Shown here one piece after another: positions 29,690 through 39,438 of a DNA stretch of 64,000 nt. The stretch is taken from contig SLGY01000011.1 in assembly GCA_007136425.1 (NCBI GenBank), positions 5,559-69,558 on the forward strand, written 5' to 3'. This stretch comes from Kiritimatiellia bacterium. GTDB taxonomy: Bacteria; Verrucomicrobiota; Kiritimatiellia; SLAD01. Each line of letters begins with the position of its first letter. Position 1 is the stretch's first letter. The position numbers were made by a program, and so were the translations under genes. The notes under the pieces are model-generated. The model was not told where the DNA came from. It searched no databases and worked only from the letters and a program-made list of their open reading frames with translations.

Positions 29690-30568
29690 TTACTCCCCTT
29701 CAATCGGCAGTGGCGTTTTCCGCACGATCTTCTTCGCCGCCGCGCCCTTGATGACCCGGTCCTTTTCCAGCCAGACAATCGCGCCGGTGGGACAACGTTC
29801 GATGGCGACCGGAGAAGCCATGTCGTTCTTGGAATAATCGACAACGGCAAGATTGTTTTCCATGCGGATGACGTCCGGCAAATCCATTGCGCACCGACCG
29901 CAGGCGTTGCACGCCACTTCGCATTCTTCCAGAGCCGCATCGCCTTCTTGCAGGTTCTTGCAGGCTACCCAGAGCTTGTGGCTTACCGGGTGCAGGCTGA
30001 AAAGGTCCAGGGGACAGGCGATGACACAGTCGTTGCACGCCGTGCATTTGTCTTCGATCACCACGGGCAGCCCGAACTCGTTCATGTAGATGGCGTCAAA
30101 CGTGCAGGACTCGTCGCAATCGCCGAGTCCCAGACAACCCCATGCGCACGCCTTCCCGCCGCCGCCCGCTGCAACGGCGGCCCGGCAGGAATCCACGCCC
30201 GCATAACGCGCGCGCATCTTGGCCACATGCGTTCCGCCCGCACAGGCCAGTCGTGCAACGACCTTCTCCTGCTGCCCTAGTGCAACACCGAGAAAGTCCG
30301 CGATCTCCTGATTGGCCTCGGGAGAATTGACCGTGCATTTCGAGGGGGGCGCCTCGCCCTTGACGGTCGCTTCGGCAAAAGCGCGACAGCCCGGATAGCC
30401 GCACGCGCCGCAATTGGCCGCCGGCAACATCTCTTCTACCTCGTCGATACGGGGGTCTTCATGCACATATAATTTGCGCACGGCAAGGGCGATCACGATC
30501 GCGAGAACCGCGCCCAGGGCGACCATGAAGATTACGGCCGGTGTAACCTGTTCGAGCAGAGCCATCAT
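29690..30568 (-). CDS. rnfB: Rnf complex subunit B (polyferredoxin)
   Basis: N-terminal TM, CGACGYPGCRAFA, CxxCxxCxxxCP motifs. Confidence 0.88.
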   Translation of the reverse strand: MMALLEQVTPAVIFMVALGAVLAIVIALAVRKLYVHEDPRIDEVEEMLPAANCGACGYPGCRAFAEATVKGEAPPSKCTVNSPEANQEIADFLGVALGQQEKVVARLACAGGTHVAKMRARYAGVDSCRAAVAAGGGGKACAWGCLGLGDCDESCTFDAIYMNEFGLPVVIEDKCTACNDCVIACPLDLFSLHPVSHKLWVACKNLQEGDAALEECEVACNACGRCAMDLPDVIRMENNLAVVDYSKNDMASPVAIERCPTGAIVWLEKDRVIKGAAAKKIVRKTPLPIEGE

Positions 30569-30763
30569 CCCCCTTGTTGAACTGCATTAAATCGAATTGC
30601 CATCAGTATCAGCACACTAACGAAGCGATTACGACAAAACAATCGGGGGTGCGCCCCTTGTGGGTATCGGGGAAACGCTGAACGCCTTTAAGGGGGGGCT
30701 ATGGCAGCCTGGCAGCCCCTGCAATAGAGTAAGGGCGTGTTCAATTCAAATTATGTCGGCGTA

Positions 30764-31639
30764 CTAATACAACAACTCGACCCAGCGTTTTTCATCCCTC
30801 AAGCGTTTCTTGAGCTCCTGCCACTTCTGGGGGCTACCCGTCAGCGTACTGAACATCTCGTCAAGATGCTGTCCGATGGCTTGGAGGCCGGCGACATAGA
30901 CGTAGGTCTTCCGTTTGTCGAGTAATTCGAGCAATTCATTGCCCCGCTCGGAATAGGCGCCGTCCCAGGCGATCGGATCCGCCCAGTTCGGCGGGGGACT
31001 CAAGGCCTTGAGCGCGTCGAACGTCTCCGAGTCGAAGTATAGCAGCACGTCCTCTTTCGGGTCGTTGGTGTACAGGACATCCAATCCGTTGCGTGTGCCG
31101 TAAAAGACGCGGACAACCCCTTCCCAGTCGGGCACGTCCCGGTGCAACTTCTTCAGAAACGCGCGAAACGGCGCAATGCCGGGGCCCGCACCGATCAAGA
31201 TAAGCGTGGCATCCTTTTCCACCGGGATTTCGAAGGGAATGCCGTAAGGTCCCGTGATGCGCAGCGGTTCGTTCGGTGTCAGATCACAGAGATAATTTGA
31301 AGCGATCCCTTTATAGATGACGCCGGTATCCGGATGTTTTTGCACGTGACGCCGGACACAGATCGTAAAGCATGGATTTCCGCTCTCGCTCTTGCTTGGC
31401 ATGTCCGCAATGCTGTACCAGCGCAAATGCCATCGTTCCGGCGACGCCGAATGCAAGGGCGCCAGCACCCCGATGCTTTGTCCCACTTCGCACGTAAATG
31501 AGGGTTCCTGGACTTCGATCACTAATTCGCGGACTTCATCCGTTTGTTCGCTGCCTTCCGGCAACAGATGTCGGTTCGAAAGAAGGACGGCGGGATGATG
31601 CGCCGCGTTGGTTCCCGTGATCGATGTTGCGTTGTTCAT
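30764..31639 (-). CDS. plant-type ferredoxin-NADP+ reductase (paralog 2)
   Basis: RWYSIAD, GPYGIPF, LILIGAGPGIAPFRAF, C-terminal ...LLY; paralog of 18972-19832. Confidence 0.85.
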   Translation of the reverse strand: MNNATSITGTNAAHHPAVLLSNRHLLPEGSEQTDEVRELVIEVQEPSFTCEVGQSIGVLAPLHSASPERWHLRWYSIADMPSKSESGNPCFTICVRRHVQKHPDTGVIYKGIASNYLCDLTPNEPLRITGPYGIPFEIPVEKDATLILIGAGPGIAPFRAFLKKLHRDVPDWEGVVRVFYGTRNGLDVLYTNDPKEDVLLYFDSETFDALKALSPPPNWADPIAWDGAYSERGNELLELLDKRKTYVYVAGLQAIGQHLDEMFSTLTGSPQKWQELKKRLRDEKRWVELLY

Positions 31640-31853
31640 GTGACTCCCTCCGATGCAAGCAGGTCAAATCAAGTCTTCATTCAATAGTGATCATATCGCC
31701 CGCACGCAAGATGTATATCGGGGTGCGCGTCCTACAAGCAATGGGGGATTCTCTGATAAGAGATACACCCTGCGCCATATTGTCACTTGCCTTTGCGCCG
31801 GATAATCTCTTACATACACGCTCTCTTATACAAAATATAGATTCAAAGGGGTA

Positions 31854-33653
31854 TTGAGTATGAGTCATGAAGTCGACCCGAAAGACGCGGTTTCCAAGCG
31901 TACGCTAGCCAAAAAACTGAGACAGGCGGAGAAGGCCGCCCGGGAGAAAGCCATCAAACAGCGGGAAAAATTCCGCGGTTTGCAGATTCGTCCGACGGCG
32001 ACATTCTTTGATGACGCGGACGCCAAAGAGCCCGGCGAAGATAACTGGAGCGGGTTTGGCTTCGATATTCATCCCCATGTGACGTTTGTGTCGGCGATTG
32101 TGTTGGCTATCTTCATTGCCCTAACGCTCATGTTCCAGACGCAGGCGGCCGAGCTGAGTTCAACGGCGTTGGGATGGATTTCCAGCAGTTTCGGGTGGTT
32201 CTTCATTCTGTCCGCGAACGTCTTTATCTTGGCGGCGCTGTTCTTCGCCTTCAGCCGTTTCGGTCGGATTCGGATCGGCGGGCAGAAGGCCCAGCCGGAA
32301 TTTTCGACTCCGGCTTGGTATGCCATGCTTTTGAGCGCAGGTATGGGCATCGGGCTGATGTTCTGGGCTGTGGGGGAGCCCATGTTCCATTACGACGCGC
32401 CTTCGCCGATGTTCACGGGTCTTGAGGCGCATACCGCGGAAGCGGCTCAGGCGGCCATGGGGGTGACCTTCTTTCATTGGGGGCTGCATCCCTGGGCCAT
32501 TTACGCCGTCGTGGCTTTGGGGCTGGCCTTTTTCGCCTATAACCGGGGGTTGCCCCTGACGATTCGTTCGATCTTTTATCCGCTGCTCGGCAACCGGATT
32601 CACGGAGTGTGGGGCAATATTATCGATATTCTTTCCGTACTGGCTACGTTGATGGGGTTGGCCACTTCACTGGGGCTCGGGGTTCAGCAGGTCAACGCCG
32701 GTTTGAACCACCTGTTCGGGTTGAATATAAGTCCTGAAATGCAGGTGACCCTGATTGTCGTCATTACGGCCGTGGCCACGATTTCCGTCATGGCGGGGTT
32801 GGACAACGGTGTGAAGAGGCTGAGCGAATGGAATATGGGGTTGGCCGCGCTCCTGGCCTTATTCGTGCTGATCGTAGGACCCACGGTCTATATCTTCAGC
32901 GCGTTCACACAGAGTACCGGCTTTTACCTGGCCAACTTTGCACAGCTTAGTCTGTGGACGGAAACGTTCAGCGATACCAACTGGCAGGGCGCCTGGACCG
33001 TATTCTATTGGGCCTGGTGGATATCCTGGTCGCCCTTCGTGGGGATGTTCATCGCGCGTATTTCCAAAGGACGCAGCGTTCGCGAATTCGTGTTGGGCGT
33101 GATGTTGATTCCGACGCTGCTCTCGTTTATCTGGATGGCGGTGTTCGGCGGGGCCGCGCTCTCGCTGCAAACCGCCGGTATCGCGGATATCGTGGCGGCG
33201 GTAAATGAAAATGTGGCCACCGCCATGTTCGCCATGTTCGAGAACTTCCCGATCTCATCCGTGCTATCCATCATCGCCGTTATCCTGGTAACGGTCTTCT
33301 TCGTGACTTCGTCCGATTCCGGCTCGTTGGTGGTGGACCATTTGACGTCGGGCGGCAAACTCGATTCTCCGGTGCCGCAGCGCGTATTCTGGTGCATCAT
33401 GGAAGGCCTCGTCGCCGCCGTGCTCCTATTGGGTGGAGGTCTGCAGACCCTTCAAACGGCCGCTATCACGACGGGCCTTCCGTTTACCGTCGTGTTGCTG
33501 CTGATAATCTATTCTCTTTTTGTCGGGTTGAACCAGGAATTGTATGTCGAGGAGTCCGTTGAAAAACAATTGCAAGCGGTACGCGAGGAACATCGCTTAA
33601 CGGAAGCGATAGCCGAAGCGACGTCGAACAATGATACCGACGCCGGGAAATAA
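31854..33653 (+). CDS. BCCT-family betaine/carnitine/choline transporter
   Basis: 12-TM protein carrying the BCCT signature WTVFYWAWWISWSPFVGMFIARIS. Confidence 0.88.
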   Translation: MSMSHEVDPKDAVSKRTLAKKLRQAEKAAREKAIKQREKFRGLQIRPTATFFDDADAKEPGEDNWSGFGFDIHPHVTFVSAIVLAIFIALTLMFQTQAAELSSTALGWISSSFGWFFILSANVFILAALFFAFSRFGRIRIGGQKAQPEFSTPAWYAMLLSAGMGIGLMFWAVGEPMFHYDAPSPMFTGLEAHTAEAAQAAMGVTFFHWGLHPWAIYAVVALGLAFFAYNRGLPLTIRSIFYPLLGNRIHGVWGNIIDILSVLATLMGLATSLGLGVQQVNAGLNHLFGLNISPEMQVTLIVVITAVATISVMAGLDNGVKRLSEWNMGLAALLALFVLIVGPTVYIFSAFTQSTGFYLANFAQLSLWTETFSDTNWQGAWTVFYWAWWISWSPFVGMFIARISKGRSVREFVLGVMLIPTLLSFIWMAVFGGAALSLQTAGIADIVAAVNENVATAMFAMFENFPISSVLSIIAVILVTVFFVTSSDSGSLVVDHLTSGGKLDSPVPQRVFWCIMEGLVAAVLLLGGGLQTLQTAAITTGLPFTVVLLLIIYSLFVGLNQELYVEESVEKQLQAVREEHRLTEAIAEATSNNDTDAGK

Positions 33654-33825
33654 ATATCGAATAGATGGTTGACGTATCGGCTCAGTTTGCAATCATAACA
33701 TCATTCACCGGGTTCAATCGGGGTTATGCTATATGCATGAACAGTGGTTGAATCCACAATAAAGACGCCTTGCACCTGTGGGTGGTGCGGGGTCGTGCCA
33801 ACAAAAAAAGAAAGGAGACATTGCA

Positions 33826-35079
33826 ATGATGTCTAACAAACAATGCCGGACAGTCGGTATCAGTGCGGTGGTTGCGTTGTTTGCCCTTGTTCAAGTTCCT
33901 GAAGTCGACGCGATCGGGCATGAAATCGGTCCGCTGACGATCGGGGGCGCCATGCGCGCCAACTATGTCTTGGGCGATTACGAAAAAGACGGTTCCGGCG
34001 CGCCACAGCGCGGCGGTGAGGGAGGTGACTTCGAACTGGACACGTTCCGGATCAACCTCGGCTTCCAGCAGGACGAGTTCATCGGGGCGGTGGAATATCG
34101 CTGGTATACCGGATACAACTTCCTGCACACGGGTTATGTCGGGTATGAAGCCGATGATTTCGGTCGTCTCGTAGTGGGCCATACCCGGGTTCCCTTCGGT
34201 GTAGGACCATACGGGCCGGCGAACAGCTGGTTCTTCGATCAGCATTACTATGTCGGTTTGTCGGACATGATGAAAATCGGCGCGACCTATACGCGCTCTT
34301 TTGACGAGCTGACGTTCGATCTGGGCTACTACGCCATTGACATTCCGAACGGGCGTGGCGCCTCGGATGAAAGCTCGCGTTATTCCTACGCTATTGTGCC
34401 CGAGGACGTAGCCGACATTCCGGGTGTGTACGAAGAGGAAAATCAGGTCAATGCCCGGGTGATCTATTCGCTGGAACAGCTCAACACCGATGTCGGTGTA
34501 TCGGCGCAGTGGTCGCAATTGAACGCGCAGGATAATCGCGCCTCGAACTCCGATGCGTACGCGTTCAGCGTGCATTCTTCGAGCACTTTCGGTCCGTTGG
34601 GGCTGATGCTGCAACTCTCGTCCTACAAGTTCGACACCGACTACAACGAAGTGGATGGTGTGCGGCCCAACAACGATTTGATCGTGATGGGCGCCTATGA
34701 CTTTGCATGGCCCGTGGCCAGCGAAGGCATCATTCCGTCCGTAGCCGTGTCCTACACGATTACGCCGGAAACGGATTGGGTCGATTCCATCACGTTCTAC
34801 AACGATTACAGCGTGATCCTGAAAGACGGCGATCTCAACGGCTCGAGCTTCAATGACAGCCAGTTGAACGTGACGGGCATGGCGATCGCCAAAGACGGCT
34901 GGTACATCTACGTCGATTACGCGCTCTCCGACGGCAACTATTTTGTCGGCGACAAGGGCGATGATTACGGCTTCGGCGATGACGGAGAGTTCGCCGCTGC
35001 GTCCGTCGGTGATTTCGGCGCCAACCAGAATGACAAGTGGAACGGCCGATTTAACATCAACTTCGGCTACTACTTCTAA
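33826..35079 (+). CDS. outer-membrane beta-barrel protein (putative porin)
   Basis: Signal peptide MMSNKQCRTVGISAVVALFALVQVPEVDA, alternating beta-strand pattern, C-terminal ...NFGYYF with terminal Phe; RBS AGGAGA. Confidence 0.7.
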   Translation: MMSNKQCRTVGISAVVALFALVQVPEVDAIGHEIGPLTIGGAMRANYVLGDYEKDGSGAPQRGGEGGDFELDTFRINLGFQQDEFIGAVEYRWYTGYNFLHTGYVGYEADDFGRLVVGHTRVPFGVGPYGPANSWFFDQHYYVGLSDMMKIGATYTRSFDELTFDLGYYAIDIPNGRGASDESSRYSYAIVPEDVADIPGVYEEENQVNARVIYSLEQLNTDVGVSAQWSQLNAQDNRASNSDAYAFSVHSSSTFGPLGLMLQLSSYKFDTDYNEVDGVRPNNDLIVMGAYDFAWPVASEGIIPSVAVSYTITPETDWVDSITFYNDYSVILKDGDLNGSSFNDSQLNVTGMAIAKDGWYIYVDYALSDGNYFVGDKGDDYGFGDDGEFAAASVGDFGANQNDKWNGRFNINFGYYF

Positions 35080-35098
35080 GGTAGGCGGGAAGTAATTC

Positions 35099-36301
35099 AT
35101 GACGGATAACAAACCGGTTATTGAGGTCCGGGCTCTCTATAAGATATTCGGAGCCCGGACCTCCGAAGCCAAGAAGATGGCGGACGCGGGGAGCGCCCGG
35201 CCCGAGATTCTGAAGAAGACCGGGTGCGTCCCCGCCGTTGTCGATGCAAGTTTCTCGGTGCATAAGCGGGAGACCTTCGTCATCATGGGGTTGTCGGGCA
35301 GCGGCAAGTCCACGCTGCTGCGCCTCCTGAATCGGCTGATCGAGCCGACCTATGGGGAGGTGTATGTGGATGGCGGGGATATATCCGGCTTGAACCGGGA
35401 CGCATTGCGGGAGGTGCGTAGGAAGAAGTTTTCCATGGTGTTCCAGCATTTCGGGCTGCTCCCGCACCGGAATGTGTTGGAAAACGTCGGGTTCGGCCTC
35501 GAAATTCAAGGGATGGGCGAGGAGGCCCGCCGTGAGAAGTCGATGCAAGCTGTTCAGGTCGTAGGCCTTGACGGCTACGAAAACAGCGCGGTAAACGAGC
35601 TCAGCGGCGGCATGCAACAACGCGTAGGACTGGCGCGCGCTCTGGCCACCGATCCCGAAATCCTGTTGATGGACGAGGCATTCAGCGCGCTGGATCCCTT
35701 GATCCGCAACCAGATGCAAGATGAGCTGATCGAGCTGCAGGCGCGCTTGCACAAGACCGTGGTCTTCATTACCCACGATCTGGACGAAGCCCTCAAATTG
35801 GGCGATCGCATCGCCATTATGAAGGATGGGCGCATCGACCAGATCGGCACCCCGGAAGGCATTCTAACGGAGCCGGCCACGGATTATGTGCGCGCCTTCG
35901 TCGAGAATGTGGATCGCAGCAAGGTGCTTACGGCCGCCAGCGTCATGAAGAAGACGCCGACGGTTTCCACGCACAAGGACGGGCCGCATCAGGCCGTCCG
36001 GAATATGGAGCACGAAAATCATTCTTCGATTTTTGTGGTCGATCAGGACCGCAAGTTTCTCGGTCTGGTTACGATCGACGACGCAGTGAAGGAATCCAAG
36101 AAAGGCGGTCGCTCGCTGGACTCCATTATCCGGGGCGAAATTCCCACGGTCGAAATGAACACCGTGCTGCGGGATGTCGTGCCGTTGGCTAGCGGATCGA
36201 ATCTGCCCATTCCGGTGCTTAAGGAAGACGGGACACTGGCCGGCATCGTCACACGGGCCGCACTCCTATCGGCGTTATCCGCGGAAGGAGATGCAGCATG
36301 A
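35099..36301 (+). CDS. proV: glycine betaine/proline ABC transporter ATP-binding protein with C-terminal CBS pair
   Basis: Walker A GLSGSGKST, LSGGMQQRVGLARAL, Walker B ILLMDEAFSALD, C-terminal tandem CBS. Confidence 0.9.
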   Translation: MTDNKPVIEVRALYKIFGARTSEAKKMADAGSARPEILKKTGCVPAVVDASFSVHKRETFVIMGLSGSGKSTLLRLLNRLIEPTYGEVYVDGGDISGLNRDALREVRRKKFSMVFQHFGLLPHRNVLENVGFGLEIQGMGEEARREKSMQAVQVVGLDGYENSAVNELSGGMQQRVGLARALATDPEILLMDEAFSALDPLIRNQMQDELIELQARLHKTVVFITHDLDEALKLGDRIAIMKDGRIDQIGTPEGILTEPATDYVRAFVENVDRSKVLTAASVMKKTPTVSTHKDGPHQAVRNMEHENHSSIFVVDQDRKFLGLVTIDDAVKESKKGGRSLDSIIRGEIPTVEMNTVLRDVVPLASGSNLPIPVLKEDGTLAGIVTRAALLSALSAEGDAA

Positions 36302-37146
36302 TTTCTATTCCATTAGGCCACTATTTCGAATTGATAATCACTTGGATGACCGATAACTGGTCCGTGTTCTTCAAAGGTGTGGAGAACACGGTCGAAAGTC
36401 TGATCGATTTCTTTGAAATGATATTCTTCCTGCCGCATCCTTATCTGATGATCGCGGTGTTTGCGGGCCTGGCGTGGTGGGCCACGGGGTGGAGGAAATA
36501 CGGACTGGCGCTATTCACGGTGATTGGTTATCTGCTGATCATGGGGATGGGACTTTGGGAACGTACGATGCAAACCCTGGCTCTGGTGCTGGTAGCGACC
36601 TTCATCGCCCTTCTTGTTGGGGTTCCGGTGGGGATCTGGTCGGGCCGACGCGACAGCGTAGAGCGCGTGGTGCGTCCGATTCTGGACTTTATGCAGACCA
36701 TGCCCGCCTTCGTTTATCTGATTCCCGCAGTGTTCTTCTTTTCCATCGGGAAGGTGCCGGGCGCGGTGGCAACCGTCGTGTTCGCCATGCCGCCCTGTGT
36801 GCGCTTGACCACGCTCGGGCTGAAGCAGGTGCCGCACGATGTGTTGGAGGCATCGGATGCGTTCGGCTGCACGCCGATGCAGCAGTTGTTCAAGGTCCAG
36901 TTGCCGATGGCCTTGCCCAGCATCCTGGCGGGCGTGAACCAGACGATTATGTTGGCTTTGTCGATGGTCGTTATCGCGGCCCTGATTGGCGCCGGCGGGC
37001 TCGGCGCCCAGGTCGTGCGCGGCGTCCAACAGCTGCGCCTTGGTCTCGGTTTTGAGAGCGGCATTGCCATTGTCGTTCTGGCCATGTATTTGGATAGAAT
37101 CACTCATGCGCTCGGATCCAAGAGCGCTCGTAAACAGAAAGGCTGA
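36298..37146 (+). CDS. proW: glycine betaine/proline ABC transporter permease
   Basis: BPD-transporter permease EAA-loop region (AFGCTPMQQLFKVQLPMALPSI). Confidence 0.88.
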   Translation: MISIPLGHYFELIITWMTDNWSVFFKGVENTVESLIDFFEMIFFLPHPYLMIAVFAGLAWWATGWRKYGLALFTVIGYLLIMGMGLWERTMQTLALVLVATFIALLVGVPVGIWSGRRDSVERVVRPILDFMQTMPAFVYLIPAVFFFSIGKVPGAVATVVFAMPPCVRLTTLGLKQVPHDVLEASDAFGCTPMQQLFKVQLPMALPSILAGVNQTIMLALSMVVIAALIGAGGLGAQVVRGVQQLRLGLGFESGIAIVVLAMYLDRITHALGSKSARKQKG

Positions 37147-37183
37147 ACTTGGCGGTTCAGCCGCAAAAAAGAAGGAGATAGCA

Positions 37184-38056
37184 ATGAAGAAGATCCATAC
37201 CAAATGGCTGGCGCTGCTTTGCGCCGCTGCAGTTGGCGTGGGGTTATTGGCCGGATGTGGCCAGCCTCCCCGTGAGGATGTGGGTGACACGATTCGTCTC
37301 GCCTATGTAAACTGGGCGGAAGGCGTGGCTGTCACGCATCTGACGACCGTGCTGCTGGAAGACATGGGCTACAACGTCGAAGCCACCATGGCGGATGTGG
37401 CGCCCATTTATTCGTCCGTCGCACAGGGCAATCAGGATATCATGATCGAAACCTGGCTGCCCCATACGCATGAGGCGTATTTCGATCGCTACGGTGACCA
37501 GGTCGAACTGATCAGCACGTGGTATGACGAGGCCCGGATTGGGCTGGTTGTACCGGACTACGTCACGATCGACAGCATCGAAGAGCTGAACGACGCGCGC
37601 GAACAGTTCAACGGCCGAATCACCGGGATCGATGCCGGCGCCGGCATCATGGCCTCCTCGGAAAATGCCATCGAAAACTATGGCTTGGATTACGAATTGG
37701 TAGCTTCGAGTGAAGCGGCGATGACGGCGGCACTGCAGAGCGCGATCGAAAATGACGATTGGATCGTCGTGACCGGCTGGTCGCCGCACTGGAAGTTTGC
37801 TCGCTATGATCTGAAATATCTGGAAGATCCGAAAGGCGACTTCGGAGCCACGGAGCTGGTCCATTCGGCCGCGCGCCTTGGTTTCTCCGAAGAGTTCCCC
37901 GAAGTGGCGGCGCTGTTTGGAAACATGAAGTTCGATGCGGAGCAAATCGGTTCGCTGATGGACGTCATGGACGGCGTGCCCGATGGGGGCGAGGAACGGG
38001 CTGTCCGATCCTGGATTGCGGAAAACCAGCAAGTAGTTGATAGCTGGATGCCGTAA
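37184..38056 (+). CDS. proX: glycine betaine ABC transporter substrate-binding lipoprotein
   Basis: Lipoprotein signal MKKIHTKWLALLCAAAVGVGLLAGC, OpuAC-family SBP; RBS AAGGAG. Confidence 0.85.
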   Translation: MKKIHTKWLALLCAAAVGVGLLAGCGQPPREDVGDTIRLAYVNWAEGVAVTHLTTVLLEDMGYNVEATMADVAPIYSSVAQGNQDIMIETWLPHTHEAYFDRYGDQVELISTWYDEARIGLVVPDYVTIDSIEELNDAREQFNGRITGIDAGAGIMASSENAIENYGLDYELVASSEAAMTAALQSAIENDDWIVVTGWSPHWKFARYDLKYLEDPKGDFGATELVHSAARLGFSEEFPEVAALFGNMKFDAEQIGSLMDVMDGVPDGGEERAVRSWIAENQQVVDSWMP

Positions 38057-38088
38057 GCCGTAAGAACGGATCCATCCGAAAATAGAAG

Positions 38089-38126
38089 AAAGCGCCTGGA
38101 CGCCGAAAGGGGTTCAGGCGCTTTTT
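38089..38126. terminator. rho-independent terminator hairpin between the convergent genes proX and mscS
   Basis: AAAGCGCCTG-N16-CAGGCGCTTT 10-bp perfect stem followed by TTTCTT; the stem overlaps the mscS stop codon. Confidence 0.6.
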
Positions 38127-39262
38127 CTTGGGGGCGGCGACAAGGGAAACACTTCCGGCGCGTCCGGTAGGGTTTCGAGATAGAGCGACCGGCTCGGGAA
38201 CGCAAACGAGGTGCCGGCTTCCTCGACGATCTCCTTGATCCGATAGGCGAGCCGTTCCTTGATTTCCAGCCACTCGCCCCAGACCCGGGTTCGGGTGAAA
38301 CAGTACACAAGAATATCAATGGAACTGTCGTTGAAGGAGTCGATCCGAACGAAGGTGGGCACTTCCGTCGGCTTCGCGAATTCGTCGTTTTCCAGAATAT
38401 AACGCTCGATGCCCTCGCGGATCTGTTTCAGTTGTTCGAGAGTTGTGCGGTACTCAACCCCGAGCATCCAGCGAATGCGGCGATGACTCATGCGAGTGAA
38501 ATTGGTCACGGCATTGTCCGCAAGCCGGGCATTGGGAACGTAGACGGGTGCGCGGTCAAAACGTCGGACCGTCGTTGTGCGAAATCCGATATCCGTCACC
38601 GTGCCCTCGACCACGCCGTCGACCAGAATCCAGTCCCCGTCTTGAAAGCGGCGTTCCCCAATCACGAACAGTCCGGCAATCAAGTTCTTGAATAGATCCT
38701 GCGCCCCCAACGCCACCGCTACGCCGAACAGGCCGAGCCCGGCGATGATGGGGCCGACGGCGATACCCCACAACTCGAGAATGGTCGCCGCACCCAGGAC
38801 AACGAAGGCGATCTTGGCCGCTTTCACGATCCATTCCGCCATAGCGCGGGTGAGTACCCGGTTCGCCCGATAGAGCAAGGAGCCCAAGGGCGTGGTCATC
38901 CGATAAAACGCCCAGAAAATGGTGAAGGCGACCAGCGACCGATTCAGCCGGTAAAAGAATTCGCGGGTGGTATCCTCGATGTCCAGCACGCTGGTAGCGA
39001 AAAAGACGCCCATGACAACGGGAATAAAGCGGATGGGTTCGTAAAGCGCCGAAACGATCCGATCGTCCACGTCCGTTTGCGTCTTTGCCACACCCCGTTT
39101 CAAGGCGCCGAGCACGAAGCGGGTAAACAGGTTGCGGATAGCGATGAAGACTAAAAAGATAAGAAGGGCCAGCAGGATATGTGAGATATCCACCCCATAA
39201 ACGCCTTCGCGCCAAACGGTGACGACCAGATCCCAAAATTCTCTGAAAGACGCTATATCCAT
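38114..39262 (-). CDS. mechanosensitive ion channel (MscS family) protein
   Basis: Three TM helices plus the MscS beta domain (GERRFQDGDWILVDGVVEGTVTDIGFRTTTVR). Confidence 0.85.
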   Translation of the reverse strand: MDIASFREFWDLVVTVWREGVYGVDISHILLALLIFLVFIAIRNLFTRFVLGALKRGVAKTQTDVDDRIVSALYEPIRFIPVVMGVFFATSVLDIEDTTREFFYRLNRSLVAFTIFWAFYRMTTPLGSLLYRANRVLTRAMAEWIVKAAKIAFVVLGAATILELWGIAVGPIIAGLGLFGVAVALGAQDLFKNLIAGLFVIGERRFQDGDWILVDGVVEGTVTDIGFRTTTVRRFDRAPVYVPNARLADNAVTNFTRMSHRRIRWMLGVEYRTTLEQLKQIREGIERYILENDEFAKPTEVPTFVRIDSFNDSSIDILVYCFTRTRVWGEWLEIKERLAYRIKEIVEEAGTSFAFPSRSLYLETLPDAPEVFPLSPPPRKSA

Positions 39263-39438
39263 GACTCATCCTGGGAATTCGTTAGTCGATGTTCACGGGC
39301 ATCGAACATTGTTCAATGCCCGCACGGACCCTGACAAAAAGCGGCGAATAATGTCAAGCCCCACAACAGAAGAGGGCAATCAAAGAATATTGGACAGCGT
39401 TTGGCAGGAGGGCTACGATGAATGGACAGGCCTGAGAG

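Noticed and set aside
30690-30720. GGGGCT...AGCCCC hairpin downstream of fpr paralog 2 as a terminator
   Set aside because: The stem is short and not followed by a U-run on the relevant strand; it could equally be a fragment of a GGCAGCC direct repeat. Too weak to call.
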